Shown here: piece after piece, positions 42,001 to 49,967 of the stretch | Position numbering within the stretch: the stretch's first letter is position 1 | Layout of the letters: the number at the start of each line of letters is the position of its first letter | Assembly: GCA_015232565.1 (NCBI GenBank) | Contig: JADFZK010000003.1 | Coordinates: 64,540-128,539, forward strand | DNA from: Candidatus Omnitrophota bacterium | GTDB lineage: Bacteria; Omnitrophota; Gorgyraeia; Zapsychrales; Fredricksoniimonadaceae | Length of the DNA stretch: 64,000 nucleotides | Reading direction: 5' to 3' | Notes under the pieces: model-generated | What the model was told of the DNA's origin: nothing | Database searches by the model: none | What the model saw: only the letters and a program-made list of their open reading frames with translations | Position numbers and translations under genes: made by a program

Positions 42001-45000
42001 TGGGGTGCCGGCTTTTGCGGAACAGGCGCAATTGCAGTATCATCTGGCTTGTCCAGCCGATAATCATACCCGGAATATATACCCGAAGAAGCCGCCATAT
42101 CCTGCGCATTGACCCCAGGATACATGTACGAAGAAATATCCTGCACCGGGGCCACCGGCTGATCCTGGGGCTTGACGGCGGCCTGAACCGGCGGACGGGG
42201 AGCTGGCAGATCCTTCAGATTCAGAGAACCGCCCTCGGAATCGCTTACAAACAACTTGTCTTTGCCAGCAACCTTAACAGTGGTAAGCATGTTATTTGAA
42301 ATATTGCTGGTAAACGACCGCCAGTAACCCGGCTTACCCTGCCGGGATTCAAAGCCTTCATTTACGACCTGTTCATGTGGAACGAAACCCTGCGTTATGG
42401 GTTTCAGATTATCTTCTTTATCCCTTAAAGGATCGCCATACAAGTCGTCCTTAAACGACTTGTCGCGCGTATATTTACCATAGCGCATACCTTTGGCGTC
42501 GATACTGACCGGCACGTTTATAGTTACCGAATCCGCCGCGTACAAACTTTGGGCATAAGCCTGTCCGCCCAGGCCCCACAAACCGTTCTGGCCGGCCTTG
42601 CCCAGCACCGCCACTGAAATAAGCTGGCGCATTACGTCTTCCCTGGTACCGTTATTAAACATGGCCTGGCCACCAAACGAGTACACATCGCCTGTCTTCA
42701 AAGGAAAAGCCCCGCAACAATAATGCAAAGCGCTAAAGTCAGCCGAAAACCGACTCCCCGGAAGATACCCGTTACCATCATCCTTGCGGTCCTTTACCCC
42801 GGTGAATTGAGCGACCATTTTGTAACCACTATCATTATAGAACGTGGTTATACTGCGATTGCCTTCGGTGGTCTTGGCGCCGGTAAAAGTTTTATCCATG
42901 CCCAGGGGGCCGTTCTTTACATTCCTGCGGGCCTGTTTCTCGAGCTCTTTATCCGAATACTCGGCGCCTATATCCAAAGCTTCCAGCCGCCGGACCTCGG
43001 CCCTGATCAAAGCCGGGTCTTTGGCGCGCTCGGCCAAATTCTCCACCGCCTGCTTGTACAAAAGCTTGTATTCGGTAGGCTCAACACCATACATGGCATC
43101 CATTTTTCTCAGCCGCCGGATCTCGTCCTCCAGAGCCTTGGAATTCACCGCCTGCTGATCACGCAGACGCTGATGCGCCATAGACAAAGCGCCGGTCGAG
43201 ACCGCCGCAATATCCTGCCCGAACACATATGTGTTCGCCATCTTCACTATATTACCGAACGAGGCCGCACCTACCTGCGAATACTGATCGCTCCGGTAAT
43301 TCAGGCTGGACAGTTCCCAGCGCCGGGTAGAATCCAGGATCCATTGCATTTCCACGTCTTCATCACTACGGCGCTGATCGTCGGGCAAAGCGGCGTTGGC
43401 GGCTTTGGCCTCTTCCTTTTGCTTCTTCGCGGTAATAGCGGCCTGAATAGAAAAGCCCGACATACCCGCCAAATGCTCGCCAAAAGCCAGCATTTCCAAA
43501 GGATTAGCGAAACGAAAACTGGTCTGGGAATTACCAAATTCGAGGTACCGGGTGCCGTAAACAATGTCTTTACCCATTACAACTTGAGAAAAAAGAGCGT
43601 CCGGAACCGCATTGTCACCGGGAAAGATTATGCCGTCCAGAGCCGCAACCGCCCTGGCCTTCTCCAGCGGTTTGGCCCCATTATCCTGGGCCCCCTTTGC
43701 GGCTTGATCATGAGTATAGCCATTGTCCGCACTTCTGCGCTGGATCTTGCCCTTGTTCTTTGGGTCATTGCCAAAGATAATCGCTTTATCCCATAATTCC
43801 CGAGCCTCGGGATGATCCTCGGCAAACTTGCAATCCCAAAGATCAAGTTTTTCGTCCACCTCACTCTTGATACTGGAATAATCATCCTTCTTCGCCAGAA
43901 TTGCAGTTCTTTCTTCCTCGGTTTTCGCGGCCATCAGTTTAGCTTTGTCATCAGGAGTTAAGACGCTGGAGAAATTGTCTACTGCCTCCCGAACATACTC
44001 ACTTTGCGCCTGGTCGCGCTCTTTCATATATTGATCCGCCAGCCGTGCACCCTGCCGCACATCTTCGTTGATCTTGGGCTGGTCCAAAGCATCCAAAGCC
44101 CCCAGCGTAACACCGGCCATAAAATTAGCCATCGTGCCCGCCACTATATTGTATTGCGCCGCCAGATAAGCATGGTTACGGGACTGATCATCTTCGCCGA
44201 TGATCTCTTCCCGCAAAGTGTCAAAAGCCCAGGCCGAAAGCGAGCTTAATACCGCGCTTCCCACGCGCACCTTGAGGTTGTCCCACACACTACCGGGGCC
44301 TGCGGCCAGTCGTTCGCCCGGGGTTTGCATAAGGTTACCCGCGCCATAGGAAACCACCCCCGCCACACCCTGCCCTACCGCTTTGGACGCCAAAGACTCC
44401 GGATCACCGCCCACCAGATAACGCGCCAGACCGCCCGCCAACTGGCCAATAGAACTTTGCGCTCCGGCCCGGGCAAAGCCCTTTAAAGCCGTCCAGACAT
44501 TGCTCCGGGAAAAAGAAATCTCCGACCTCGCCAGCCGGTCATTAGCCACCGCATCCCGCGCGGCCATGACCTCAGGTTTAGACACATCCAGCTTGCCGTC
44601 CTTAAACATGCCGTTCAGATCGGTCACATGAGCCTGCATTTTGTCCAGGCCTTCCAGCCGGGTCATCTCTAGTGTTTCCTTTTTGGTAAGGCCAACCTCG
44701 CCATCAAAAATGTTAGCGTCGTCTTGAGTTTTAAGTAAAGCCAGCCGTTTCTGGGCGTCATTGTCCATAAGGTTTTTGAACTTGCCGGCTTTTTGCTCCT
44801 TCGCCATATCGCCGGCGATCTCATTTTTGGTAATTTGCTCGGATTCCGCCAAAAACGCTTTGCCGGCGGCATCTCTTTGCCCCTGGTTAAAGTCCCGGAA
44901 CTCCGGGCTGGCCAAGATTTCTTTGGCCAATTTCTGATCGTGCTGGGCATCCCCGGTTCTTTCAATAAGGCGGTCGTTTACCTTATCCGCACCGTTTATG

Positions 45001-46913
45001 GGTTTGCCATTATCATCGAATTCCGGAACGAACTGATCCTTGGATTTCACAATGGCTTCGTTCTCAGCCGCTTGCTCCCTGGAGGCATCCTGCATAGTGT
45101 CAGTCTGCACCCCCACCATATCTTTAAAATAAGTAATATCGTGCCCGGCAACCTGGGCGGCCACGGCGTCAAAGGCCACCGCGGTTCCGGTAATGGCCAG
45201 GCCGGCGGCCAGCGAACCGGCCACCCCGCCTATCGTCTGGCTGGCAATGATACAACCCTTGTCGTCCTTGTCGCAATCAAAAGTCTCGGCTATAACCAGC
45301 TGAACCTCGTAGCTTACCCCAGCGCCTACCAGCGCTACTGCGAAAGACGTGGCAAAATCCTGGACCATACCGGAAGCAAAACCGGCCAGAGCACTGGTCC
45401 CGGCGTCCTTGGCGTTCTCGATCCCCGATACTCCGCCGCTCACACCAACGCTCAAGGCTGTACTTAAAGAAATACTAAGAATGGTTCCCGTCTTTTCCGA
45501 ACAGTTGCCCGACATTACGCAAGCTTGCGCTACCGCACCTACGAATTTACTGATCCCGATGCTCGCTATGGCCATGGCGATCACGGTTTGTATTTTGGTC
45601 GCGATCATGCCCATCTTGGCCAGGAAGATCAGGATCTTTTGGATCGCGTTAAGTGTTTCTCCCGCTTTTTGAGCCGCTATGGCGGCATTCGCCGCACCGC
45701 TCAAAGCCGCGCCCACGCCAAGGGAAACCACCAGCATGGCAAAGCTCAACCCCACATCGGTCCAGATCTGGCTGGTGCTCACCAGGCCCGGCAGGTCGCC
45801 GGAACGGTCGCGCCACTTGTTGCCCCACACAAAAGTAAGGGTGGTGTCGTCCACCGCGGTAAAATCCGCCCGCACAAAAGTGCCCATGTCTTTCGCCAGC
45901 GCAAAACCGGAGAGTTTGGCAATAAATTCGGCTTTGGGGCTTTGGCTGATCTTGCCGATATCGTTAAAGAAAACCGTGTCTTCCGTTACCTTGGTGACCG
46001 TAACGAAGTGCTCCTCTTTAAAATGCGCCACGAACGGCGTGCGGAGTTTTACCACATCATCCGGGGCCAAACGGGCACCGCTGTATTTCAGGCCGAAAGC
46101 CTTGGCGGCCTGGCTGATTGAAAAGAGGGAAATCTTAAGTTTGGGTTCCCCGGCCTTGATAACATTGCTCAAAAGGTCGGTAGAAATGGTAAGCACCGCC
46201 AGCTCTTCCAGCGGCTTATTTATCCCGGCATTAGCCAGAATGTCCTGCAGAGCATAAACGCCGCAATTCAGCACGTTCAGGCTGGGCTTATTAAGCCATA
46301 CAGCGATATCTTTGATTTGCGTGGGCGTAAACTTGGCCAAAGCGTTGATCAACAGCGCTTTGCCGTCTTTTTTCTGGTCGTCAAGTCTAAGCGATACGCT
46401 CTCGGCCTTCTGGCGGTTAACGTCGGTCAGCAACTGGTCCACACTGCCCGCTACCTGGCGAGCGGCCAGTTCGGCCGGGGTAATATCCGGGTTCTGCATT
46501 ACCAGCGGAGCCTTGTTGCCCCAGATAATGGCCGGATTATAGTTAAACGCCCAGCTGATCTGGTCGGGGATGAAAACACAAAGCACCGTAAGCGCAATAG
46601 CCCGGATCCAGTTATTGAACCGGGAAGCAAACTGACCTTCCGGGTAACCGGCCGTTACACCTTCGCCAGCAGGAGGAAACTGATCGCCACCCGGCACGTT
46701 AGCATTATAGCCAGCAAAACCGGCGCCAGCCAGGTCCGGAAATTGCCTAACCAGCTCGGAATCCGAAAGTTGCACATTGTCATTTGCCGCAGAGGACGGC
46801 TCAACCGGGGAAATTTCAGCAGATTGGGGGAGGGCAAAAGAAGAAATATCCTCTTTATTATTAAAAGAAGATTCAGAATTGTTAGAAGACTGTGGTTTAC
46901 CGTTTTCAGTCAT
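3..46913 (-). CDS. Giant multidomain membrane/surface protein, >=15,637 aa, 3' end beyond the window
   Basis: ATG at 46913 ([10 protein letters not shown]...), with an in-frame upstream TGA at 46962-46964. None of the minus-strand track ORFs in 1-46.9 kb is in this frame, so no stop closes it. Hand translation of most of the span gives continuous protein with ordered enzyme motifs, ending ...[19 protein letters not shown] at the edge. Confidence 0.93.
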   Translation of the reverse strand, partial: MTENGKPQSSNNSESSFNNKEDISSFALPQSAEISPVEPSSAANDNVQLSDSELVRQFPDLAGAGFAGYNANVPGGDQFPPAGEGVTAGYPEGQFASRFNNWIRAIALTVLCVFIPDQISWAFNYNPAIIWGNKAPLVMQNPDITPAELAARQVAGSVDQLLTDVNRQKAESVSLRLDDQKKDGKALLINALAKFTPTQIKDIAVWLNKPSLNVLNCGVYALQDILANAGINKPLEELAVLTISTDLLSNVIKAGEPKLKISLFSISQAAKAFGLKYSGARLAPDDVVKLRTPFVAHFKEEHFVTVTKVTEDTVFFNDIGKISQSPKAEFIAKLSGFALAKDMGTFVRADFTAVDDTTLTFVWGNKWRDRSGDLPGLVSTSQIWTDVGLSFAMLVVSLGVGAALSGAANAAIAAQKAGETLNAIQKILIFLAKMGMIATKIQTVIAMAIASIGISKFVGAVAQACVMSGNCSEKTGTILSISLSTALSVGVSGGVSGIENAKDAGTSALAGFASGMVQDFATSFAVALVGAGVSYEVQLVIAETFDCDKDDKGCIIASQTIGGVAGSLAAGLAITGTAVAFDAVAAQVAGHDITYFKDMVGVQTDTMQDASREQAAENEAIVKSKDQFVPEFDDNGKPINGADKVNDRLIERTGDAQHDQKLAKEILASPEFRDFNQGQRDAAGKAFLAESEQITKNEIAGDMAKEQKAGKFKNLMDNDAQKRLALLKTQDDANIFDGEVGLTKKETLEMTRLEGLDKMQAHVTDLNGMFKDGKLDVSKPEVMAARDAVANDRLARSEISFSRSNVWTALKGFARAGAQSSIGQLAGGLARYLVGGDPESLASKAVGQGVAGVVSYGAGNLMQTPGERLAAGPGSVWDNLKVRVGSAVLSSLSAWAFDTLREEIIGEDDQSRNHAYLAAQYNIVAGTMANFMAGVTLGALDALDQPKINEDVRQGARLADQYMKERDQAQSEYVREAVDNFSSVLTPDDKAKLMAAKTEEERTAILAKKDDYSSIKSEVDEKLDLWDCKFAEDHPEARELWDKAIIFGNDPKNKGKIQRRSADNGYTHDQAAKGAQDNGAKPLEKARAVAALDGIIFPGDNAVPDALFSQVVMGKDIVYGTRYLEFGNSQTSFRFANPLEMLAFGEHLAGMSGFSIQAAITAKKQKEEAKAANAALPDDQRRSDEDVEMQWILDSTRRWELSSLNYRSDQYSQVGAASFGNIVKMANTYVFGQDIAAVSTGALSMAHQRLRDQQAVNSKALEDEIRRLRKMDAMYGVEPTEYKLLYKQAVENLAERAKDPALIRAEVRRLEALDIGAEYSDKELEKQARRNVKNGPLGMDKTFTGAKTTEGNRSITTFYNDSGYKMVAQFTGVKDRKDDGNGYLPGSRFSADFSALHYCCGAFPLKTGDVYSFGGQAMFNNGTREDVMRQLISVAVLGKAGQNGLWGLGGQAYAQSLYAADSVTINVPVSIDAKGMRYGKYTRDKSFKDDLYGDPLRDKEDNLKPITQGFVPHEQVVNEGFESRQGKPGYWRSFTSNISNNMLTTVKVAGKDKLFVSDSEGGSLNLKDLPAPRPPVQAAVKPQDQPVAPVQDISSYMYPGVNAQDMAASSGIYSGYDYRLDKPDDTAIAPVPQKPAPQEKDEPYTYESSVKDGSYGRLFFYQGTSTFRGSLDGMDFGNVYREKRAGRNLLDLTTDDFRVVGDNKLEVSARRNLAGGPMTLDLEAKGLTDLSKLGDTQKAFIRNFVLTGSKSTFDLSLASGAGRSLNIVREGRRLYDLKAFGLTGFATIFGADFFGDQASGNYNSYMGSDFAELAGWLRDASRGSSFAGQQSQVNILGKKGKDLNSETVGDTRTLFKDEAPTDTFFYMPLFNEGVSVKYSPTFVQGGNGYGSAALTGAAMVYGLDIVTGGDKPHSYIGVDPEGRASLVVKSGKYFQAQTDAAGINVFPSQPRWSADFSAENKAGIVVGLDNIDPDKSQSDKPVIDRIQPFSITTEGYLSHGNIITTNELPGPPSKDVSNRGTFGRPINLPNGGAFPYLVGFALEGDKGRALLTGNTLMPKTPESWSVGDKRLATEDAVKVPGNFELINGFIESMYLIKGGKEVDSNGRVSWIKGTAATELTFDPDKQVFEDELDGIKRIVRTPGYAQAPKGAAFDWNGQNWETRDENGKLVTNVPFFGQAKEMTSVEIEGKYQDQVSPTHTVWTRPEASFIDAFGLPNFIGSGWRFGVADNSTDISENAVWNELGKALSSPPDPNGPQFVSRFEAGLTPVINAYGQITRVNEQYGNFHYRLEGDAPVALDNRTGAILYASQPVWIQAGNNAFLPELNFSDGKGVYSRDSAWQDDEMVFTTPDYSADGKSDLPVTRFILTGDRMGNASGIMADQQENGNWQPAEVFSTLERRNLMQNPADASKVIVEDFIVNHLLVDKNGEFRYVPPLGNVDGTTVNGTYTTYREDLDSPEHRVYLDRARGEGNTLVLGGVGFGLLALPGKSEGGTASKPINTQAIFNLDKIPGETAFGQAFGSLEFAFQKGALQDINFNPGAKAYFGPTITEGSPISLYGANNTFWGGGLEIGQNGALFPLSTVERQETFWNSLTAGTKSMVMVLPDGTKSGHAVTVNETAEPEGKPRGWTLSGTEGLTGEHGTWSLDERFTPITQRIKGDGKVFDAKGKLVDSAVFYGRTENFTDLYAQASADGQERFFYTSQIMQKPPESNADNKTGSPEAAGDNSNGGLRPPGSGFLTSEVLPLIYASRVGWFDSAKIAVLNFDNVTSPQSLQEQSVSFAPMFSGVYHSFSGLNFKDFVSSVQGQVQENGEFAVTGKVIAVNNEKGSLDGKTAEINQNGFVVTPGLRSGWSNINTDASFLKYAVDDKEILKGKAELRGVDFWVTNGGKKWQSFDVKSLLLNDVEASVGAGLDEFGNPSILVGGSNPALLPQTSLEVIKQPLEKKNEEKSTAGLNALKIPVRAREGLLTTNAGIASLDGMQKADFSLPNLNVAQATLSGDFRDFNITRIDDTPNLVFQVGVDKNGKVVQASRYAFGVDSDQVRFKENGSSELDYAAVVTTSAILDDALIAMVTPVLTSGRGLVDKKVVFNMKAGQEISQYGDYVKDEKGRWVVGAVWDQFQVNGLSVDGGQNFTPASARIENGSPVITVGVYGKAVLPLFASEGLEAKSKFKSAPQTREEAQGAEIARRYLTVNNVYSDGALWGTGKQRLMVDSYDFYNFSGAAHGDLRKVAVIGLGGKGIEQVTYQRERGLTADGVQPVNLVTAVLGSGQKSIFFDENGQAIVDYRNYDGARIVKTAIRDAAPKLDLPIPVMTPEKQAQFSALKEQTSYARDMFYIGRFEFHKKMNTFDWFGLVVNDAKEKKLFKEAQDNYAAKLRELDQFMLENSLPELMDNAVIPKLEDKLTVPDHGKELWVNEDDIQRKVIAEVLKAAPLSVQFWAAGQKMKAEADAIVAELESIERQKRDLAEQTGKSIVIAGNGEENQIPAIDLKRNLDKRSSELKDALTKNEKQRQQEMKDFGATLQGEINAGNLTDAQKDYYQNILLDMRKLDKNITGLTNGVAEIFETNGARVFFNSFKSDKTYDPSYNPWSWGSRKAGEALWGATKPFIGAAMYAGGLIPYVGNKEMRDLGKTWVYNGWYSRLYTDENKPERYSHVLDIFSDAENASVRPENKGWDSFFLYAGGTLGKGAYAYLGGRLTGVAGAGSAIGAVSTVALDNYSLYNTGRGLGQDEMNSAILAMGIFNLGAKAISGLGVFGAGGLAARTSTAISSGVPRLGNAVATSRGFTFVASKLGASTPVVLTEGQKWAVGLTVLSAGGATANVAYGVTSNRAQGGTVFDYVTGGQILKDAGIGAAFVPLAVLGMRNPGVMGNGFSARALESMASGVRVAALSNAGSLLVNGELLTLKQDAAILAIVPVTTLLARSMLPAAVKDAAQVSARQAFVNSALSAGNIQLGIDSVVNEKLYRKEDNGFIKGAESWGWGALAGLALGGGAQLSRSFAGIQSSYARELAGKAIGGMAVNVLRGAVLTKFSGRDVWNDYIKTRQVLVDAGVGVAGGLVVGGVKNILPGSFWKTNAWGSLYDAAGYTLVSVGGGMTDRYLAQGGNEAWKRNYSDTNVINRQMIFDAGFGLLASAGVKIVPRWAQRAVWGEPAAKPMGPPTSRLDVFVDRVKAVFELSPYSSAPFQTAGTVAANRQITAGVYFKDLLTSGAVKRLAGGTAVGAAGGWAASYADPQKNMSWQERLGYVGYGATAGGLLSVLAITRPVLQTWSRNVMVGPDMVQLDANLLNMSLYPQMSVKMSIAASLDFAVMMPAWRLVSLPVQRIVNYGVENTIGSRISWAEAGVQSFNTFRPLALDGSGLPQFDKEGRLKRTGFGEMLKEDVVGGLQSGYSLGPTLGVLQMPLSAISAKPTGLLARSAGRLSGIYHGFGMAGTIGVLSLNDALVYKAFPYIAPGMVARLEKEARADMAGLLSGNAAIDNKVIEDMVKVKRTELAKQGAFVSLFFVPGGNMGKSPSLKRQLQQQAKLVSLLQTVVPAGALAPAPATAPAVAGPAAGAPAATVAPAPRVAAVPAPLPAPVNLAGRATAPPVPGAAAPVVAPAVMPPVPAPVAAPVIAPAAAKPAGSGAASAPASTAGASAGTPAAAPSAPVVAPAAAPAVLPPVPGAAAPTASALAPKSGSASGPADAVGAGKPGSSAAEPAAASASAAAPVSASPAAASPAPELARNSVELSPKSSSAPESANVAGAGKPGSAAVEPAAAPAAAHEPSASLPGASRPSEVAKPGEAGRAETGVPQLEPAAGQARSDAEMAPAARPADAVVSTPTVKPKADGTSAKMATAKPAQGRSPAQELAHLERLLNQATTDLGKLKPKTKGHYDKGAQILRLKKNIEGIRKNMEQRQAAEAAATVPAASAAPVPQPAAVHLPSAVPAPIVAPAPAVAAPKVFASMAEQRAVSRLREAELQQAQLALQLGAEKGASAPEISKLKDNANQAYQAAQSARLGEQEYVLKNSKDPVELDRALGRKILIEAEVLLDRANSLEASGETDKAKAAREKAVALKSEGDFYLDTAFVRASGVKPATDNAGKEDFVKIRLQARKLELLPLRNSGDRAVSSAASAANDVIEKVSEQLVLLRSPNTQSVEVAVKAVAGVLEKALAENRISSEMASVVVKDVEALQIGGKPDALLRQGLREKVDNPRVAAQVKAVVRGIESTIAALDRQIKSTKDASVSGDLQNQRTALEQQKQQLESAVEPVHETLKKIGKIESEIERMRKDNPDGTGSEISRLQAELQTLTERPEVQIYVVDTAYGENLNLRKIAAQAATDGNFNLADAVNDRLIKSYQFAARSSDANLAANAIAQLNLLTHERYGREQRAEFKGTNQSADVSTEKAALAARIADMHRLIEGNEAISSEVKDMLKDHILVAQAKLGSEIVVTKVYDSGNPFSVAARNSAVPGADITRLGPEAVSKVDPVASRIKALEQRIAELESVLPKAQTERGTGEISLLIAKHRMSIRDIAYTTAASLTEIAGKTSEPAQKTAVGEESAEMSRKAQEHLDKAGKLLAVKALENDRDADLLRQAIKLQPHMDAIRSELNKPASEVNEQTLVENFNAAHKIAPHAGYGNIAEVFTQRKAIVDKLKTAGEPDPALTAELTTMVQAARQNLRKVNAEALNIDGGLTGLRESLDALSEALKVYQSKDSKPEDAAGFLKKQMPDVAGAPQQQARTWEALFTKICGDFRISAGELRIFERSVILDRHTLLNKVETDIQKAGQELALHSQLQIDGADGLSTVQRGLQKELLTYFESQAKKGETPSISKEQSDYLRDLLNYSFHAIDTVANLGSMEAQLLALAMAGGKTTMERFVFDALMKYVVKSGSGVTFILLKADPNQAATACNASDLFSRGEVADGKIVGGRESGKVMVLTFAEAKEIGLQFKGEKSAELTSEVMASTDFTQDPSNPWFKTLTFIDEKHNFLLNPTMIKGNSVDGADFLSQRGWEYRERLERSQQDVAHLIDAIGTLALKDKTVADNKEKVKPIVDNIDEGGINADKFKEEFTKELTAKFGETEWHKKLVEEGVLTPLLDEIAWSFRNEIHRVNNVIETNRKGDVELIIYEYLENLGAEARGRVYSSKDGLKHKMRGVLGVYDYVYRKGIATNLPRFAELVAQGHDREITSAELLTLMPGKIGYSGTAEPGNDMAKLLNILSKPHGPSPEIELHTNWKAEFRPEQTVSEAIAADAKDFFNSLKDKETQVLVLNSNSGPARNEAWENIAGLNRGDVITVKVDPSRMGKTAKLLGEGKIIDQSGNEVSIAGKRVIILTAMEAAVSIENVGFVTVRDYTLRPKFGHDQAALRVDSLNPKTKKEKLFNVTRSKGEYITVTSLKEKNADPSLSKDRRDLLANLYKNGNEEEAKRALLQIMGEMAKDASVQSVHSTAVVARTVNLEAIDKFVQDINKASVVRAINQYKTLNGGGSFARIFTHALGEGYHEAILDNNRQDYSFISLVALENGHGVRMDRDGKVLLQAGQVADMKNGLVNEGYSVFASMADWIKARFDGNGKREDGSLVRPVSYITHGAIANVRPWEGPLMVRGWVSGSITWNGATPEYTQNQSVQVMDSNGVPQVMDSKGAPQAPINVALVSQFDQGQGIADPNFYKGVTAASRQAIARAVGASDANNLVVGRPMPDMDGRKAQIITERFTFNGQQAEIIKGVIFEGVLYKRTSIDNDPRAFSFDAVTEDHVQLPDMRHEKLFVKSRMEVVDGRVVKKFGEVVNKAPVLLPGINVQAGDKVEFANDDKGEKVLVIRGQQGEVKAAVFGEHIYMPNHDGAFDVSKAQVRAISPDGRKASRIETVDTYRVDHAGMGVVRARSVLARDLVYGANTFAEGTEIDREKGRLRDKEGNQVGLFFFDKILVKDGDNYLIPQSDIQTVEFLDRNTVSKVAAGSDFTVKAVDFERAIAEAQKFSNDFNKIWEKAVKSGATKEDMDDLANKFQVRASGWGVSVEVIGLDQKLNKVAAGGKADTYSLVFKADPDSTSFVAGLINFVEQRYKKRITATSALEERNSAALSTDELFHTGRALTKFLLSGEMDFDSAAVFLHELMHEEEKLIISKHGDNELPGALEQARLENNSELQQIADILSGIYDKEFSPEEIKTHYVETFGIPEKWSELPPVMQTLLAPMRGFFEALRNGLGGKPGLPASIFRGKFAVMQESFERGDIEESRAQASSIKTMLLRGRGMALKSRLAFGSAVTVLDSMSDEQLMNTITEDAKGNQVVKFRMITSNGNIFTLQQPIGKEKGRWQAGDLRTHLQKIFSDSLRITDGFCRIYETHIVLMSDRDNFASDAALKEAAAAASNRRTLAAYLRKTDPERGQAFDGLVDRLDLLAAQASMFGEIPVAYRKLEQLTLRLLKARPDEKPAIQHRINKINEFLNHRGTAEHWSYPRYSERSANEQKLLTYPGVVPPEQATPEPVGLATPESGVLPTEEAPLQVTQRGDLKMIPLALLNDYEGIKKLKQALWFKADLLNKEVGGLGGNGDQIKALFMGEDPLALNAIVADKIGAVLGYVVAEQGPEVAGSEPYIVIKHVAAKAKLGLGAALLRSVALRAKKLGINQIRFDVNMEHQAAAIDALQKMVWDVEYKAGASSAIVEFKTSVDDLIALTEPVAGRPGFELVSNEEDTNQPQAPPQGDQNDSLPPTAASGSTGLSAPASAVSEPVVLEAPAAPATDNPLTPFIFVSPPTGLPPVAFSTPAPAPAADLLLAMIPAAFGLTPAPQPASTPAPTPLLAVAASTPDALAPAPELAPAPALALAGDAPLNSESVSESGSEAPKRFGGPISQFLRTALNPLQASPSAIGGALSLGYLSAFQALNSTLGYNYDHKLVSVGVAVAGMVALPALASTSYRWLKSQRKWSDVKYGVVRTSAMMAVALGVLGCNGVPSIVKQRAVEDSLAKGNIGQAAIEHLASSETYRPTGRRQVAKDFLRAITELERYFGVEKQARAAEASFLQEVKKAATVFNLGTKVPASLYVKSLGKLQIRAGSVSQAIWNKVIPAAVLSSTPAAQRGILYEKTLEDPEKSAQIGLLMMAENLERLDGQLQLSGYTLEQLTPAQQLMVALSVDFPLSPRTFYNAISRQIVTNCNALYNTRIDLTAKGAGALALKDVLPLLPPEADLAKLFPDANFKLKVKVNGKVIYPLARGQAFLKRLDLQTLSVLASPLEWSNGSAKTTGLHGFTVPFGNLMAASAKDQFASGRANGNSESNSRIHLGHDEQLNFMALESLKGGRKIPVLSVVNGQVKEVATNYYEYFDGVAVPHGGSVLIDTIDGMQLRVSHANFSNVKVGTRVRVGMPIGYFDQNWQAYAGNAAWPMVHQQYSRSWGNDVIFYDPARVNPVLKAADARSGLKPAQAGSIIISKERLERKSSAGTPEIKGPVEPANPDARSHVYTNGILPGTNLPLPAPSLVVDPAANDATLETSLASIMRDHSKPELRDALTGGTDNAGALAAIARLTDKKVDFLYRGLGLPAPDRSGLSEVTAADRIQVGSCFQVSANAAQSAKDPTWVNWALGKFGANLPGFWTWFMSYILDKVPPEVRAIIKEVPADAASVVEAIKAFKHHATKGELQAQGIVDLLNFKYGIGKWPKAVQDEWNRVNGQLAGSGHVFRLDELNDSIASQLIAVRRFAKANAADAPAVEARLAEFNTWLKKWEGRMLEVYVDANGVIFVKTVNANYFELFTKNYRRAEARKPEANQGQVKALARMRDQLRNDRTLTRKEKDELLEKIRNLKALRQGKAPELSEDVYKARYPWNDPQAIQAEAEAQAQSLAEARAILAEARLSAANAPRGAGIPAVVEPLAVEDESLGADSVDQGDGKAGKSFFADDGVTTPATVGVTDPKILGLRQVPTWAAKGQLDNEAPLPAVPPGVKRLVDGIIGLPGKLMNPPAPPAKVLPTAGPKLSALSAGSARKPSAVVPDNVVPLPAIPASNVTPVDFNQPGPEEQLFTGTNDRAALAGAEEARLEAFRGVFKQAREIIKEKSSSSSTAAWLIGSDDLAKMIMLEGLALYKEVTDPVSGVLKVLPAFKYNPEQIVETLLRTASLLRDDEDKKALSIILSLGAGKTAAEYGALALTLRILNKTSAEAKGTIEMWVLQEFSIDQIANDHLAMFFYKCVNQYANLSRIVKIKAPEGQVAANGIQPTDMVAERFAGRDEDMKDPLMAGSNFFKHFSYDESRKFTIRYAAYDEVITRANLVEHHPDYMKAVTFRDGEELMAVVVDEFQSVTSRPDSIRSTGDQPYEAAKKEGAKALEAKKREGRVFLKLVDELKKLMIVHSDLLDNPTLQPGGEAKNRFVGTIREEYMPVIEALFREKFADGVYGLDAFRSIVQSAANFLRMAEGRDYQKITRAQLDESLALRQELANKEAEIEGLIQAGNRSGAAIARDEYKALLEKPQALYLYNILDQVLVTEPNTIFGDPYQSAFANAYLAKDLLRDNEEDEALRFIINALHSEQKERTSFLMAVKQVGLNKVGSFSGTSSPTLKTLGHEIVVLEEEQSMFEAVKDNDVRLFDTYKEDIQTVGKDIISLRNVHNANGKVGVIYVAPEANLRDVEADLLAKGVPSADIRRIGGNDRDSIKMALKDAFEEMSDGKPLVLLMVGEPTGSNPFKEHFVNANGELDLTKLQAGAVIIGYHMDEDSYTQFAKRAQSKNRVGMQKFGLPSFYVRLNLETENRFVIDDKKRLATFLPEVRAAFVAQDARKFKDELGLRSAGTVRALWQASAENRAFLAQVDQQIAALANRIEQNVFDHYEGAETFNKYVAESGLTEVEKEVVRKQFENNPQLLNKGVVTPTGKSVLAILPRIVMLDVPAREKLAELLVSPSDIVSLAVTLVGTPLRAQDIPAISVMASFGLLNTKEEALKLAALALNSAKDGWSDLNKMIARQATHRKLADKFRNWFSPQESAVLAETLQLAEEALNNQDCLVYLNAWLTKINEVTHGIDQPTIDALDNVVTIADKVIQAYKKLVNTEFQLAEPKLAESADGLTPTQVEERANKRKELEQTVKSSAEELTKAVQQAKDAVLTYPMLEQALTSSGVSPLLFAAAFNLMRDGAKQVITLAGAEAEARKLQVFLASLPESDDVKAKLLSLNTIAMLVVLNNRSTLAGLAYLGELVTGETKTRVREAIALLSNKPSSGVEVVGSNQSRWIGQSRGRTITPNFILNSVLAGNPALLPLLAMREMDEPKTQAVMQKLAELPGDMEVRLGQLVDDPDKVVVVKNEITADKFNNARTAASSALAQLKADLDSFALTLGEDEGVQLLNVERLARQARNAEVLLGMLGSNPTALNESFEAVQVLEDAIRIEPGVTKAVTNAIADVKAKMDVLAALHMEIDQEALTFATGPAGVATKPVAPGAPGSPAAPSSPTGTKGTTLPIWLALGSLFAASQQPVSAADARSKAQAEQQHSREVIEDAKQLARKPLFTREGETLVYGLPELLRANSDQPNRDTTAPLTADPLAIPTAPTTNLAANNTLPPAGPGTTGPTVPTGPVAPPGPNAPTAPTAPAVPTAPAAPVAPVMPAAPAVPAMPAVPVMPQVPGTTPMTPHSGALPVVLFLMSFFSFIGNAFAAGGSGGGALPPGVLPVVYGVVAVLAGRGARFIYGRRKGPTLEEKQSSEGDGGRIKDRRLSLIAGAVLKFTRDSIGYVVNVVLGAYGRLSAAEKLNVNAVKSNSGPQGLSGIAGAEKERTDGNTEANVANVVEEVSSAVANEVSGAVVNEASSAMVDGAKAQVEAVNINSASGEPAHTQADGSKADNHAKGNGSTVANTSKVVPIVDEANAVPVANARVNTAVTVDVARSARSVSRSWAQVRSALYTVANKGASIVPAVEKVYGEITAIVLRLYAWVCGVIGNARSDRGARTRVSSKDAQSVPGTAAAEETAPASNGNAQAVTVWIESTGAQSVYDGTRYARSVNAGCIYSANTEGGEGSTTIVGSVPAGLSISLGNAHENGNARGVESAGTGSYTSSGSTQGKPGVTGVESVAQGPENRSSIDISTGNAQPDGGSLRPAGNSNAPVGVCVREEQKVPAIGVPAELPGYISDTRNPRNTNLGFVTPTLGFSASNVVGQGQQAPASMPVFGIALAVLSSFLPRAIVLWVMLFFSGLMGGSLNASAQAMPDSFRAPPAALATVNKIVAAPGLEQGVSFAAKIDGKVISTIQYGKTQGLPAELNDETADKVNDLLDKGYRVMLVDPSIVGFRGKFDLVYKRATIDLKMHILGDSTPGSYAIKYDDLKGSTNRGPFNLAVAKVLCPRPDKDIQKALANQSDNVELAIDTVQTIDAKLQLKGAELWKQQNEQPVARQLAVEKAVKAKADLPDLEELIKGHKFLRDGIESGRIFSIEILTVGGTQPYHVTFVTQNNFMPFSLHGTQSSTWAFQFHYPNQPEVEAYIIIRGLAENGIPYKGPGVVMAPVVALDYLLKIYDYALTHNNRGQSAVYNTEKGLLKAVLDTIAIHVTRKEGFDRGNNKDNDYVLRVGLMELVESVPSLVNRGVTAAANLMGLHINIKPILQYVGNMKAKAPFESMGRIVSPGFKEQFFNLAAYENKDLNAAYFRVYEDFLDSELYTASMNDQKGHYNGFKLVRGPVPPGTKLFQRATITGYRLHADKNNEAVTQIMYRTYSFVAMEFLAQGVKENNTLSRIVEPIRSMSELLDEQIFLNGRAADGRLIMKAYRNGVTGAIMGFSYADSPTSLPELCKMSISQAEPVAPRFGSSWFYKGEFMGQLKVHDLLTALQKRGVVVPDDVWSDEKGVDFINEKVLVDRELHRKYAFLKFTTADRRKIAQIDELYTDDLKRFNRSLIERGEKGYAPKSPTYEGSVLTDYFLDQWRIFAAELGAGRTVSEAFRKFDFETLGTVEMPSVLRDYIFAPHGENNEVRNGLVVAVSSGVLKQIVVQGVNELGLVFFSDKSNHKPWVIKDQSAIKREMQPYRWLSKDLQARARSEFAQAFADGEEVMQDTLFVLSADGKEVIGIFEPSVKTYDMWARDLQEAIAQNARERYRIGGFGSTVLGTALPVAVDSMPAGFKNVRYMKEARRIGDSDMFKLKGKSYSGEVMARLVGNEVEIFESGRGALEARRVQLRAMRAAYQYTGTYEVLVKNADDSYLSLIIADQANPQFGIQDEAYLKEQADQGYLYDLQIETGDGWPYYYDNNGIYEMEFSKEQVPTIEKNGKTYMPLTIKVIDKKAGAPSAPQAPAPTATPSATPSASLDTVTPPAAGGAAIDTTDAGIALPSLVKPVSVRVEHDVVEQAVRAQAPAVLAAPTATPLATPVASAPAAMMKGVAATVSGAQVSTLVVNGQPFRGLTIDANNYSERDIQFHQGDAVRSYYPITTNLLVKMADHGIKVAWISLPMNSQAYSAQNLQAYWGKAVPEESQRISLEKGNYIDYIRAVRAAVGNRMVMVFEVMNEPNMDFSYPLWVNKKPSPAVFNEMFATIAWHTARIHREIGADQLVATTMGDRKEERGVKDLVGALSTGVDIVGLNWYRHNEQLVTDIKDAYAQSGMIRPFVISEAGVSSVHGEAVQARILVNDYQMAGKMGLSFFAMSDKDNLFKGGVGAPASHPEKHWGIRRADGSFKPAYEALKALWNKDNVSALPAVPVPAELLARGAVRPGALPLAAPVVSVRTNTNFLSQYFAVPMSNRSVNYWTEAQVAKKIPDVLVYSQGTNAIWDLVSRDNLNLVVGVPRAIIDREKAFFDGRLFLNPLNNELIVANNKEEARRLEESGMRRVLARITYPDRAAGRLFIPITDLESLPRATIKRLEVTEGVYSWFDTSRMLNGRPASVEFVSRSLVPDSFHVFSPLSRQPELTSSSSYILGKYIAPAITLWMDPFEAQSGFGNIVLVYSEQLQKQYTLEQETEALRQQLAIEKKKLAELNRDREMAWLYAEGANNTIRLLTHQLELYELSRRVVQQMLAESDANFFAIGSQAFMGVKSKLAPYYPAIVPENQNPLGYYIVYLRNEAIRKAIDTDRRFIQSLGQADQQLTKRLDPLQERLKRVLDTLQQYADAYGTPAERERVAGLKRAVGGYYESAGDAAFRFALYKNAAEELGWKTGFISKVLEGLSGHQIATMETEKLLLLDENDRRFLERQLVDGRSVVENLFRQLKTRENELTQMFAAPWGSAFTPQVAQLREIEREMRALNLQVVAAGPQRAVPSSLAGFAAQRGEIAARERRLRENLGRQQAFIKMELKFQELARGMSADLALGVSLDMSWSNYRSWRGEAVLDDAQRIKLLRAAVAASVRYTGAACNAGLAGENNIARGTTLPATQEGTLQSYSRVNALFIENALYDLRKTDGTVDRARTAEDVLSILKEYIRQYEMQMAGRDKFTGFSSMYWGLPGTVGGDEVYVADNAELLRVLVKYLQETADIKELAADRPAFSALAGQLAKRLLSLQDQVDGGLFKHGDLAARHALTPTFHGGKDTLDNVLAYPALMRYARFLGDFAASTEIRQAATRILGFVQKQYNEGSRYYQAGLFDSGRADDSFGVRLQLVASQVLGNKEARQALGQVYKKNMLPATVLRFTKVLADGAVDDAVSRFVNSRSLTGVGFGIAGTNRLAETNLVNVPVNAGLTNHSYLVSYVNSALAGQLLAGSTHPQDQAVRRTLGKLLEESTVPGLDGRTSVGLPLANHSGQDYNNVSYGDHTGPNNLESTLYYLWFLEGRQSDYSDGATNTVLAQIKSVSLAERQTGLKAVPYVAVAQYSNIVEHVVVKPNFVVRLKSDLWLLDVRKHLQDSWREYAWGLGLLLSGMVALRRITGWKAARATKEAIASEKEKQQAYQANRKEYAEQAKEVIEHEWQSSKPEYCKTALVCVEAMDLASFVAQMITYNEKGEIATPAAPAPVDLATALDELQNVLRSAVIIELITEESIIEVLNKMMARLVSQVNDQKALERENGYSYGDKQRRLRTARKEFKKAQGKDVDEGRVNAGLLLSTIFDLIRAVALAQEKKGGEQWTVQELFAIAKAEKLDGKSDPLDLAAVGRNNRAELVLFHIVDATADLLRNYAHRLIARPEILPEMVRQELRFNMDTLANLEAIKNDATLSPKEKVIQQGDLVRKDGLTVMSLVNDIVGLERGLPKEIDDKVCRDIEEEKLRVRIAAFDDLMAMAGMSLSLAKTPCEEVEATLKTLDVKAILAGVQSALEAYKGKEHELVSKHKTFFTVVFEPYTKKMKDRMWKMFFDREGINKRNADERVSFVRGWKRWAAVAGYFGIWAVLGLIVRGAIWLVNLPVVMGWFKALTLVAMGLPGLSKLLAVVVVGAVVGGVLYMIAAPLTWALHAIQRKTNIGKHLDAFGLVKVINSMRLSWSIRMLLTLVFKSLVGVIGMLGVYVAVTFTWPVTLIEWVVVAGGALIFGLAFNTRGADLTLKSESLIIKNYRYLTHFIVLERYLGLMDLAPGFVHFLARHLAGDVKTVDGTKRSLKEVIEYSVKWREVLDFFLFFYKEALKGADKVEKIAKQGSQQVHMFMTADINTILASIHAARGAKENPWYIYLVTGDNVAHKEFAGLDFTKLSDEAIISFHRIMTDSENRIKHVFAMERLMDFFLEKVWYMDSAKDHTPAKNVQYNVEARLDVVPGDRDGLTYFDKEVSYFFETAYQKVARKPNYFYNLWSLYLSYYSTLYGGLFTAAILISKAVLLPLTVAQQAQMIHDASPLVSPLLNMAHNSGPELWMFGLAIMIFVPLSQYVIKVLQLVRETRARNDAPARAESDREKNMVWLPALGKAAYRFAGDMFNFCRPGIDPRSEGIWRTKLWFILNDVFSVVANLYIFAGIAPFFMNLLPRVLAEGCFASIPLLQTAPILLFLVALVLLSVAGGRFYRSLNTNRSPGVKAKMAAHWQYFKKGTPTATFIYLAVFWVLSGCASSYLPTAGNFLAIGAALVSLVLKLRIKDVTKSPKGWLMLFVAPLLAFCAVKGLLVGGSALMLLTSTMFVLNCTLFVNYSIMEILESLIVYSRPRGTVEKPKRHSFLRIPISTNVFFSLPDEQIKYTWQEIYESYDNFFDGPRNFRNAYRNGGSKQMFYAAEFEGAAPHQRKSILNWAILINPTGFGRVMAAAYLMGVWQPSETRAREAIAKAMKGVVADPAAVKLALRNQLAPELFPEGDESVINEVLENPEFVTVLDKVAEVMRPQLIRLLNGAELHSDMVQIGESQPLFRTIIVDWANQHLQTLIGLTSGMNNLYTHGYTPYAEMEYMLDREHNKDEIHYLVRSRLQNLHGFDRDSYPQGFEKPANHPDWKRYPNNGKQLFLKDIIRYHETNRTAGTRAKAGNWTSRIFFEEGHVVMSYDCDSYISRTAAARYPYMIAEFINPLVDIVQPAHCVLELVDTPLMYAAGEAHNAWDRVRLFNEGFSGHYGHSICSSMYGFKNDYMPLLEISTAAREIGRGNRMIEKYLRSGGYEFAQDFASEDIMSALGMTQARIILGGGVTKYAPYVDLKESFERNLAQAQNAWTRWGNVERWRSDILDDFPINPTVPWYAKRERLVKEQFYAKHLSAAVNLALLPIMLFSSSMPYQSLMWAGLFIGVSIVFNQSITLALLVDKIKNQKAKYFRQYPNAGIFRSIWIYFAATVEGTLQYFDRSFLNPRAALRTITRGWQEMPDSVAGRLLGILSGIF
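240..1300 (-). other. Giant protein: processive GT2 (cellulose/glucan-synthase-like) glycosyltransferase
   Basis: KAGN (1032-1043), DCD (975-983), IVQP, GHYGH (774-788), SED (618-626), AWTRW at the QxxRW position (483-497), followed by TM helices. Confidence 0.8.
1990..4230 (-). other. Giant protein: multi-pass transmembrane bundle
   Basis: Many ~20-aa hydrophobic helices, e.g. [55 protein letters not shown] and [16 protein letters not shown]. Confidence 0.85.
5850..7080 (-). other. Giant protein: probable (alpha/alpha)6 six-hairpin glycosidase-like domain
   Basis: Helical-hairpin signatures [32 protein letters not shown] and [13 protein letters not shown]. Family cannot be resolved by eye. 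Confidence 0.45.
9060..9930 (-). other. Giant protein: clan GH-A TIM-barrel glycoside hydrolase (GH17/GH5/GH2-like)
   Basis: FEVMNEP (NEP 9591-9599, acid/base), [17 protein letters not shown] (nucleophile Glu 9285-9287), [21 protein letters not shown]. Confidence 0.8.
15180..15380 (-). repeat. Giant protein: period-3 proline repeat (PxA/PxV)n
   Basis: [41 protein letters not shown]. Confidence 0.85.
17800..19720 (-). other. Giant protein: SecA-like SF2 ATPase domain 2
   Basis: YNPEQIV (Q motif), LSLGAGKT (19593-19616), VVVDEFQS (DEFQ 19119-19130), MAEGRDY in a long insert, GSFSGTS (~18354-18374), [14 protein letters not shown] (17829-17870). Confidence 0.75.
21783..22200 (-). other. Giant protein: M23 (LytM-type) peptidoglycan endopeptidase domain
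   Basis: RIHLGHD (HxxxD 22134-22148), [48 protein letters not shown] (HxH position, 21831-21839), YDP. Confidence 0.8.
22640..23010 (-). other. Giant protein: SLT/lysozyme-fold lytic transglycosylase-like domain
   Basis: [12 protein letters not shown] (candidate catalytic Glu 22971-22973), SLGKLQI (GLMQ-like, 22830-22844), [16 protein letters not shown] (LxDPxxN..G..YL-like). Confidence 0.55.
24020..24310 (-). other. Giant protein: GNAT acetyltransferase-like domain
   Basis: [16 protein letters not shown]...[39 protein letters not shown] follows the GNAT beta-beta-motif A (GxG..LL)-helix-beta pattern. Confidence 0.6.
25560..25760 (-). other. Giant protein: HExxH zincin-type metalloprotease motif
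   Basis: [13 protein letters not shown], with HELMH at 25626-25640. Confidence 0.55.
27850..29480 (-). other. Giant protein: SecA-like SF2 (DExH) ATPase domain 1
   Basis: Walker A MAGGKTT (29343-29363), FIDEKH (DExH 29004-29015), ~210-aa insert, motif III GYSGTA (28347-28364), VIILTAM, and degenerate motif [10 protein letters not shown] (~27858-27881). Confidence 0.7.
32070..33310 (-). repeat. Giant protein: ~400-aa Pro/Ala low-complexity linker with internal duplications
   Basis: PPVPGAAAP occurs twice. [29 protein letters not shown] is echoed by [29 protein letters not shown]. Confidence 0.85.
33600..36090 (-). other. Giant protein: Gly/Ala-rich hydrophobic helical region 2
   Basis: Long run of small-residue hydrophobic segments, e.g. 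[26 protein letters not shown] and [14 protein letters not shown]. Confidence 0.5.
44080..45760 (-). other. Giant protein: Gly/Ala-rich hydrophobic helical region 1
   Basis: Segments such as [41 protein letters not shown] and [22 protein letters not shown]. Confidence 0.55.
45890..46290 (-). other. Giant protein: peptidase C39-like cysteine protease domain
   Basis: LNCGVYAL (Cys 46263-46265), [28 protein letters not shown] (His 46008-46010), VFFND (Asp 45960-45962). His-Asp spacing of 16 is typical of C39. Confidence 0.85.
46548..46610 (-). other. Giant protein: N-proximal signal/TM segment (aa ~102-122)
   Basis: [21 protein letters not shown] follows an ~100-aa acidic, disordered leader. 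Confidence 0.65.
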
Positions 46914-46941
46914 ATTTATACCGAGTTTGTGAAACAATGGA

Positions 46942-46965
46942 AGTATAGCACATATATGCTGTCAA
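46942..46965 (-). promoter_or_regulatory. Candidate sigma70-type promoter of the giant gene
   Basis: Minus strand reads TTGACA-N12-TATACT with a TGn extension (TGCTATACT), ~30 nt upstream of the ATG. The 12-nt spacer is non-canonical, so the extended -10 is the stronger element. Confidence 0.4.
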
Positions 46966-47130
46966 GCAAATTTTTGGCAAAAATAAATGCCCTCACAACC
47001 CATTTCTCAACAATGCCTTACATTCCATGCAGAATCTTTTTTCCAAAAAAAATTGCATTAAATCTCTTAATATAAAAAAAACAAAAAAAAGATTGCAAAA
47101 CTCTGTTTGGACATTAAACAAAAACCAAAG

Positions 47131-47337
47131 CCCCCCTCCCTGACCCGCCCCACCAGGGGGCGGGTATCAAGCAGCATGCAGAATCTTTTCACGAATAACT
47201 GCTCCACCAAGAGCGGGCATCAAGTAGCATGCAGAACCTTTTCACGAATACCTGTCGTATCAAGAGCGCGTATCAGGTAACGTGCAAACCCCTTTCACAA
47301 ATACCCTCCCCCTCTGTGGGGAGGGTCAGGGAGGGGG
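47131..47337. repeat. Inverted pair of GC-rich REP-like palindromes enclosing 3 x 53-bp tandem units
   Basis: CCCCCTCCCTGACCCGCCCCACCAGGGGGCGGG (~47132-47164) is an imperfect inverted copy of CCCTCCCCCTCTGTGGGGAGGGTCAGGGAGGGGG (~47304-47337). Units start at 47160, 47213 and 47266. Confidence 0.8.
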
Positions 47338-47354
47338 ACATGCTCACAAAATAT

Positions 47355-47373
47355 ATTGTCCAGACTGGACAAT
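47355..47373. promoter_or_regulatory. Palindrome ATTGTCCAGACTGGACAAT (operator-like), copy 1
   Basis: Perfect 9-1-9 inverted repeat. Identical copy at 47559-47577 and same core at 59187-59211. Confidence 0.55.
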
Positions 47374-47509
47374 CTCTTGAAACACAAAGACCCTAAATGG
47401 TTTACAGCACCAAAGAGGGTCGCTTTTTACTTCATAAAGAATGTCCAAACACCCAAAAGACTTCCTTAAAACAGAAACTTAATCATCAACAAATCCCGCT
47501 CACAAAATA

Positions 47510-47543
47510 CCCTCCCCCTCTGTGGGGAAGGTCAGGGAGGGGG
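47510..47543. repeat. Third copy of the GC-rich REP-like element
   Basis: CCCTCCCCCTCTGTGGGGAAGGTCAGGGAGGGGG, with flanks similar to the copy at ~47304. Confidence 0.8.
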
Positions 47544-47558
47544 TTGCATAAAGCACTT

Positions 47559-47577
47559 ATTGTCCAGACTGGACAAT
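47559..47577. promoter_or_regulatory. Palindrome ATTGTCCAGACTGGACAAT, copy 2
   Basis: Identical to 47355-47373; lies just after the tadC stop. Confidence 0.55.
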
Positions 47578-47583
47578 TTTAAA

Positions 47584-48483
47584 TTACTTGCCTAACCCGC
47601 CCAGCGGATTGTTCATTACGAAATCCAGGAAGATCGGCGCGCCAACTAAAATGAAAACTACCGGAAAAATAAAGAACAAAAGCGGGATAAGCATCTTGAG
47701 CGGAGCCTTTAAAGCCATCGCTTCCCCGCGCCGAAAACGAGCCAAACGCATATCTTCCGAAAGAATGTTCAAAGCCTCGCTGACTGAAGTACCCATCTTG
47801 TCGGCCTGAATAAGCGTCCGGGCAAAGGTGGAAAGGTCCGGCAATTCGTACTTTTTGGCCAGGTCACGCAAAGCCTCGCGCCGGGGCTTGCCTACGCTGA
47901 TCTCCTGCAAAATATTGTTCAGTTCCCGGTTCACTACCGAATCGGCCGATTTCTCCACCACCCATTTAAGAGCCATCATAAAGTCCAGCCCGGCATTTAC
48001 GCACAAACCCAGCAGATCCACCGAATCCGGCAATAAACGCACAATATCGTCCTTGATCTTGCCAATGCGTGAACGCAATACCATCTCCGGGCCTATATAA
48101 CCTATTGCAACAGCCATCAGAATACCAAAAACCAGCAAATCTGGCGGCACAACCCGCGATAGCAACATAATAAGCGCACCCGTCAAAACCAGCTTGATCA
48201 ACATAAAAGCTTCCGGCGTAAGGTCGGTCTGCGAGATCATCAGGTCGCGCGTGAGGCGCTTGCGCATTTCCGGGCTAATTAACGGCTTAACGATCAAAGC
48301 AATACCGTTAAGAAAGAAAAAACGGTCCACTTTCTGCTTTTGCACCTTAGCTTGCGGCGTTAAAGGCGATATACCCAGGTCCTTAAGGTTCAAAGAAGGC
48401 CTATCATCCTTTGCCACCGGGGAAAGGCCCACGATCAACAAGGAGATCGAAAGAAAAACCAGGATCAATGTAGCTGTTAACAT
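47584..48483 (-). CDS. tadC: Tad pilus inner-membrane platform protein TadC (T2SSF domain)
   Basis: LPDSVDLLGLCVNAGLDF, GKPRREAL, LIQADKMGTSVSEAL, KAPLKMLIPLLFFIFP. Confidence 0.92.
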   Translation of the reverse strand: MLTATLILVFLSISLLIVGLSPVAKDDRPSLNLKDLGISPLTPQAKVQKQKVDRFFFLNGIALIVKPLISPEMRKRLTRDLMISQTDLTPEAFMLIKLVLTGALIMLLSRVVPPDLLVFGILMAVAIGYIGPEMVLRSRIGKIKDDIVRLLPDSVDLLGLCVNAGLDFMMALKWVVEKSADSVVNRELNNILQEISVGKPRREALRDLAKKYELPDLSTFARTLIQADKMGTSVSEALNILSEDMRLARFRRGEAMALKAPLKMLIPLLFFIFPVVFILVGAPIFLDFVMNNPLGGLGK

Positions 48484-48501
48484 GAAATGTCCTCGAAAAC
48501 G

Positions 48502-49359
48502 TTAAACATCTTTAAAAGAGCTGATCTTAAGGATCAGGAAAGTCCCCACTACCCACAGGCCAAGGCACAATAGTAGTAACATGCGCCCGGTATCGGTGGT
48601 GGTCATGGTCTGAAAATACCCCGGATTGGTAGTATTAACCATAAGAAAGAACGCTACCGGCAACCCGCTCATAACAAAGGCCTGGATCTTGCCCTGCACT
48701 GTAAGCACCGCCAGGCTTTCCTCGACCTTTTTGCGCTCGCGGATATTCTGCACGATACGCGTAAAGATCACCGGCAGGTTACCGCCGGTCTCGCGGGCCA
48801 GCAAAATAGCGCTGATCATCTGTTGCATGGACGGCGAAGGCATGCGCCGGTACAGGCGGTTTAAGGCTTCGTCCATGGTAACGCCCATCTTGTTCTCACC
48901 CAGCACAATGCTGAACTCCTGGCGGATAGGCTCGGGCATTTCCTCGGCCACCGCTTCCATGGACTGAATAAGGCTCAACCCCCCGCGGAACGAGCTCGAC
49001 ATGATCATCAGGGAATCCACCAGCTGAGCATTGAACAATTCCCGCCGCCGGGTCACCAGCATGCCGGCATAGAAACGCGGTAAAATAATCCCCACTACCA
49101 TCCCGGCCAGCATACCGTAAAACTGATACCGTTCGGGGCTGAAATAAAACCCCAACCCGCCCAACACGATAGGCGCCAGGAAATACAGCGGCAGGATGCG
49201 CTTGAAATCGTCCTGCATAAGCGAGCGGTCCATATCGGCCACCAGCTTGTTGGCGCGGTTCTTGTTAAGGTCAACATAAGTCGACACAATGAACGGCACG
49301 CCAAAGAAAGTGAACAAAGACACCGCCAGGAAGATCAGCAAAGTTATTACAAAAAGCAT
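48502..49359 (-). CDS. tadB: Tad pilus inner-membrane platform protein TadB
   Basis: FNAQLVDSLMIMSSSFRGGLSL, PEPIRQEF, ETGGNL, LTVQGKIQAFV; adjacent to tadC. Confidence 0.92.
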   Translation of the reverse strand: MLFVITLLIFLAVSLFTFFGVPFIVSTYVDLNKNRANKLVADMDRSLMQDDFKRILPLYFLAPIVLGGLGFYFSPERYQFYGMLAGMVVGIILPRFYAGMLVTRRRELFNAQLVDSLMIMSSSFRGGLSLIQSMEAVAEEMPEPIRQEFSIVLGENKMGVTMDEALNRLYRRMPSPSMQQMISAILLARETGGNLPVIFTRIVQNIRERKKVEESLAVLTVQGKIQAFVMSGLPVAFFLMVNTTNPGYFQTMTTTDTGRMLLLLCLGLWVVGTFLILKISSFKDV

Positions 49360-49397
49360 ATTTTGGCTCCGTGGTTTAACGTCTATTCGCCGGGCCC

Positions 49398-49548
49398 GGC
49401 CGCCATGGCGGGCCTACACCCTGCTTGAACTTGTTTAGCGAATCGAGAGCTCGTCGATCGTAGGGGCCGACCTTGTGTCGGCCCGGCACAAGATGCGCAA
49501 CGACCTGCAATTGCTTCTCCGCCGGGCGGACATAAAGTCCGCCCCTAC
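49398..49548. repeat. GTAG-type REP cluster / inverted REP doublet
   Basis: GTAGGGGCCGACCTTGTGTCGGCCC (49460-49484) faces GGGCGGACATAAAGTCCGCCCCTAC (49524-49548). A variant GGCCGCCATGGCGGGCCTAC lies at 49398-49417. Confidence 0.75.
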
Positions 49549-49613
49549 GAAAACGATAAATCCTCTCGACTTGCTAAACAAGTACAAACGATTAATTTTC
49601 TCGCTGAACATCT

Positions 49614-49967
49614 TCAATTAACCTTGCACCCGTTTAGACAGGCATGCATTGCTGTGTTGGTGCATAGGATGTAATTGATACTGCTCTTGCAACCGCTTAC
49701 AGCATGCTGATGGTCGTAGCAGGCCTGCGAATACCAGATATCTTCCTTGTCGTCGTAAACGCAGGCAATGGTATCGTTTGGGTCGTACTGCCGGCCAAAA
49801 GCAAAGCTTTCCCCGGCGGTCGCCATCTGGCCCTGGTAAGCCCGCTGAATATAACCCCGAAAAGCGAGCAGGCAGGAGATGACCACAATGATCAGCACCA
49901 TGTACTCCACCAGGGCAAAAGCTTTTTTGGGCACGGTTGTTTTTATCATAGTTAATGCGTTGGACAC
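49614..49967 (-). CDS. Pilin-like protein (class III signal) with Cys-rich C-terminus
   Basis: KKA/FALVEYMVLIIVVI, YIQRAYQG...GRQYDP family motif, six C-terminal Cys. True start may be the second Met. Confidence 0.75.
   Translation of the reverse strand: MSNALTMIKTTVPKKAFALVEYMVLIIVVISCLLAFRGYIQRAYQGQMATAGESFAFGRQYDPNDTIACVYDDKEDIWYSQACYDHQHAVSGCKSSINYILCTNTAMHACLNGCKVN

Noticed and set aside
3-46913. Alternative genetic code or stop read-through as the cause of the long frame
   Set aside because: No TGA, TAG or TAA was met in frame in the parts translated, and neighbouring genes end at standard stops.
369-47075. Numerous plus-strand ORFs (up to 381 aa) and short minus-strand ORFs in the track
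   Set aside because: They are antisense or off-frame shadows of the giant gene. Most long ones share its codon register and none shows a recognisable motif.
47160-47305. 53-bp tandem units as a mini CRISPR array
   Set aside because: The units diverge along their whole length, the variable part is only ~10 bp, and there are no unique spacers or cas genes.
49435-49617. 60-aa minus-strand ORF between the pilins and tadB (also 47397..47582 and 59261..59449)
   Set aside because: These are translations of REP palindromes (VGADFMSAR, PPPLWGR, RRGTACRAPT), not credible genes.
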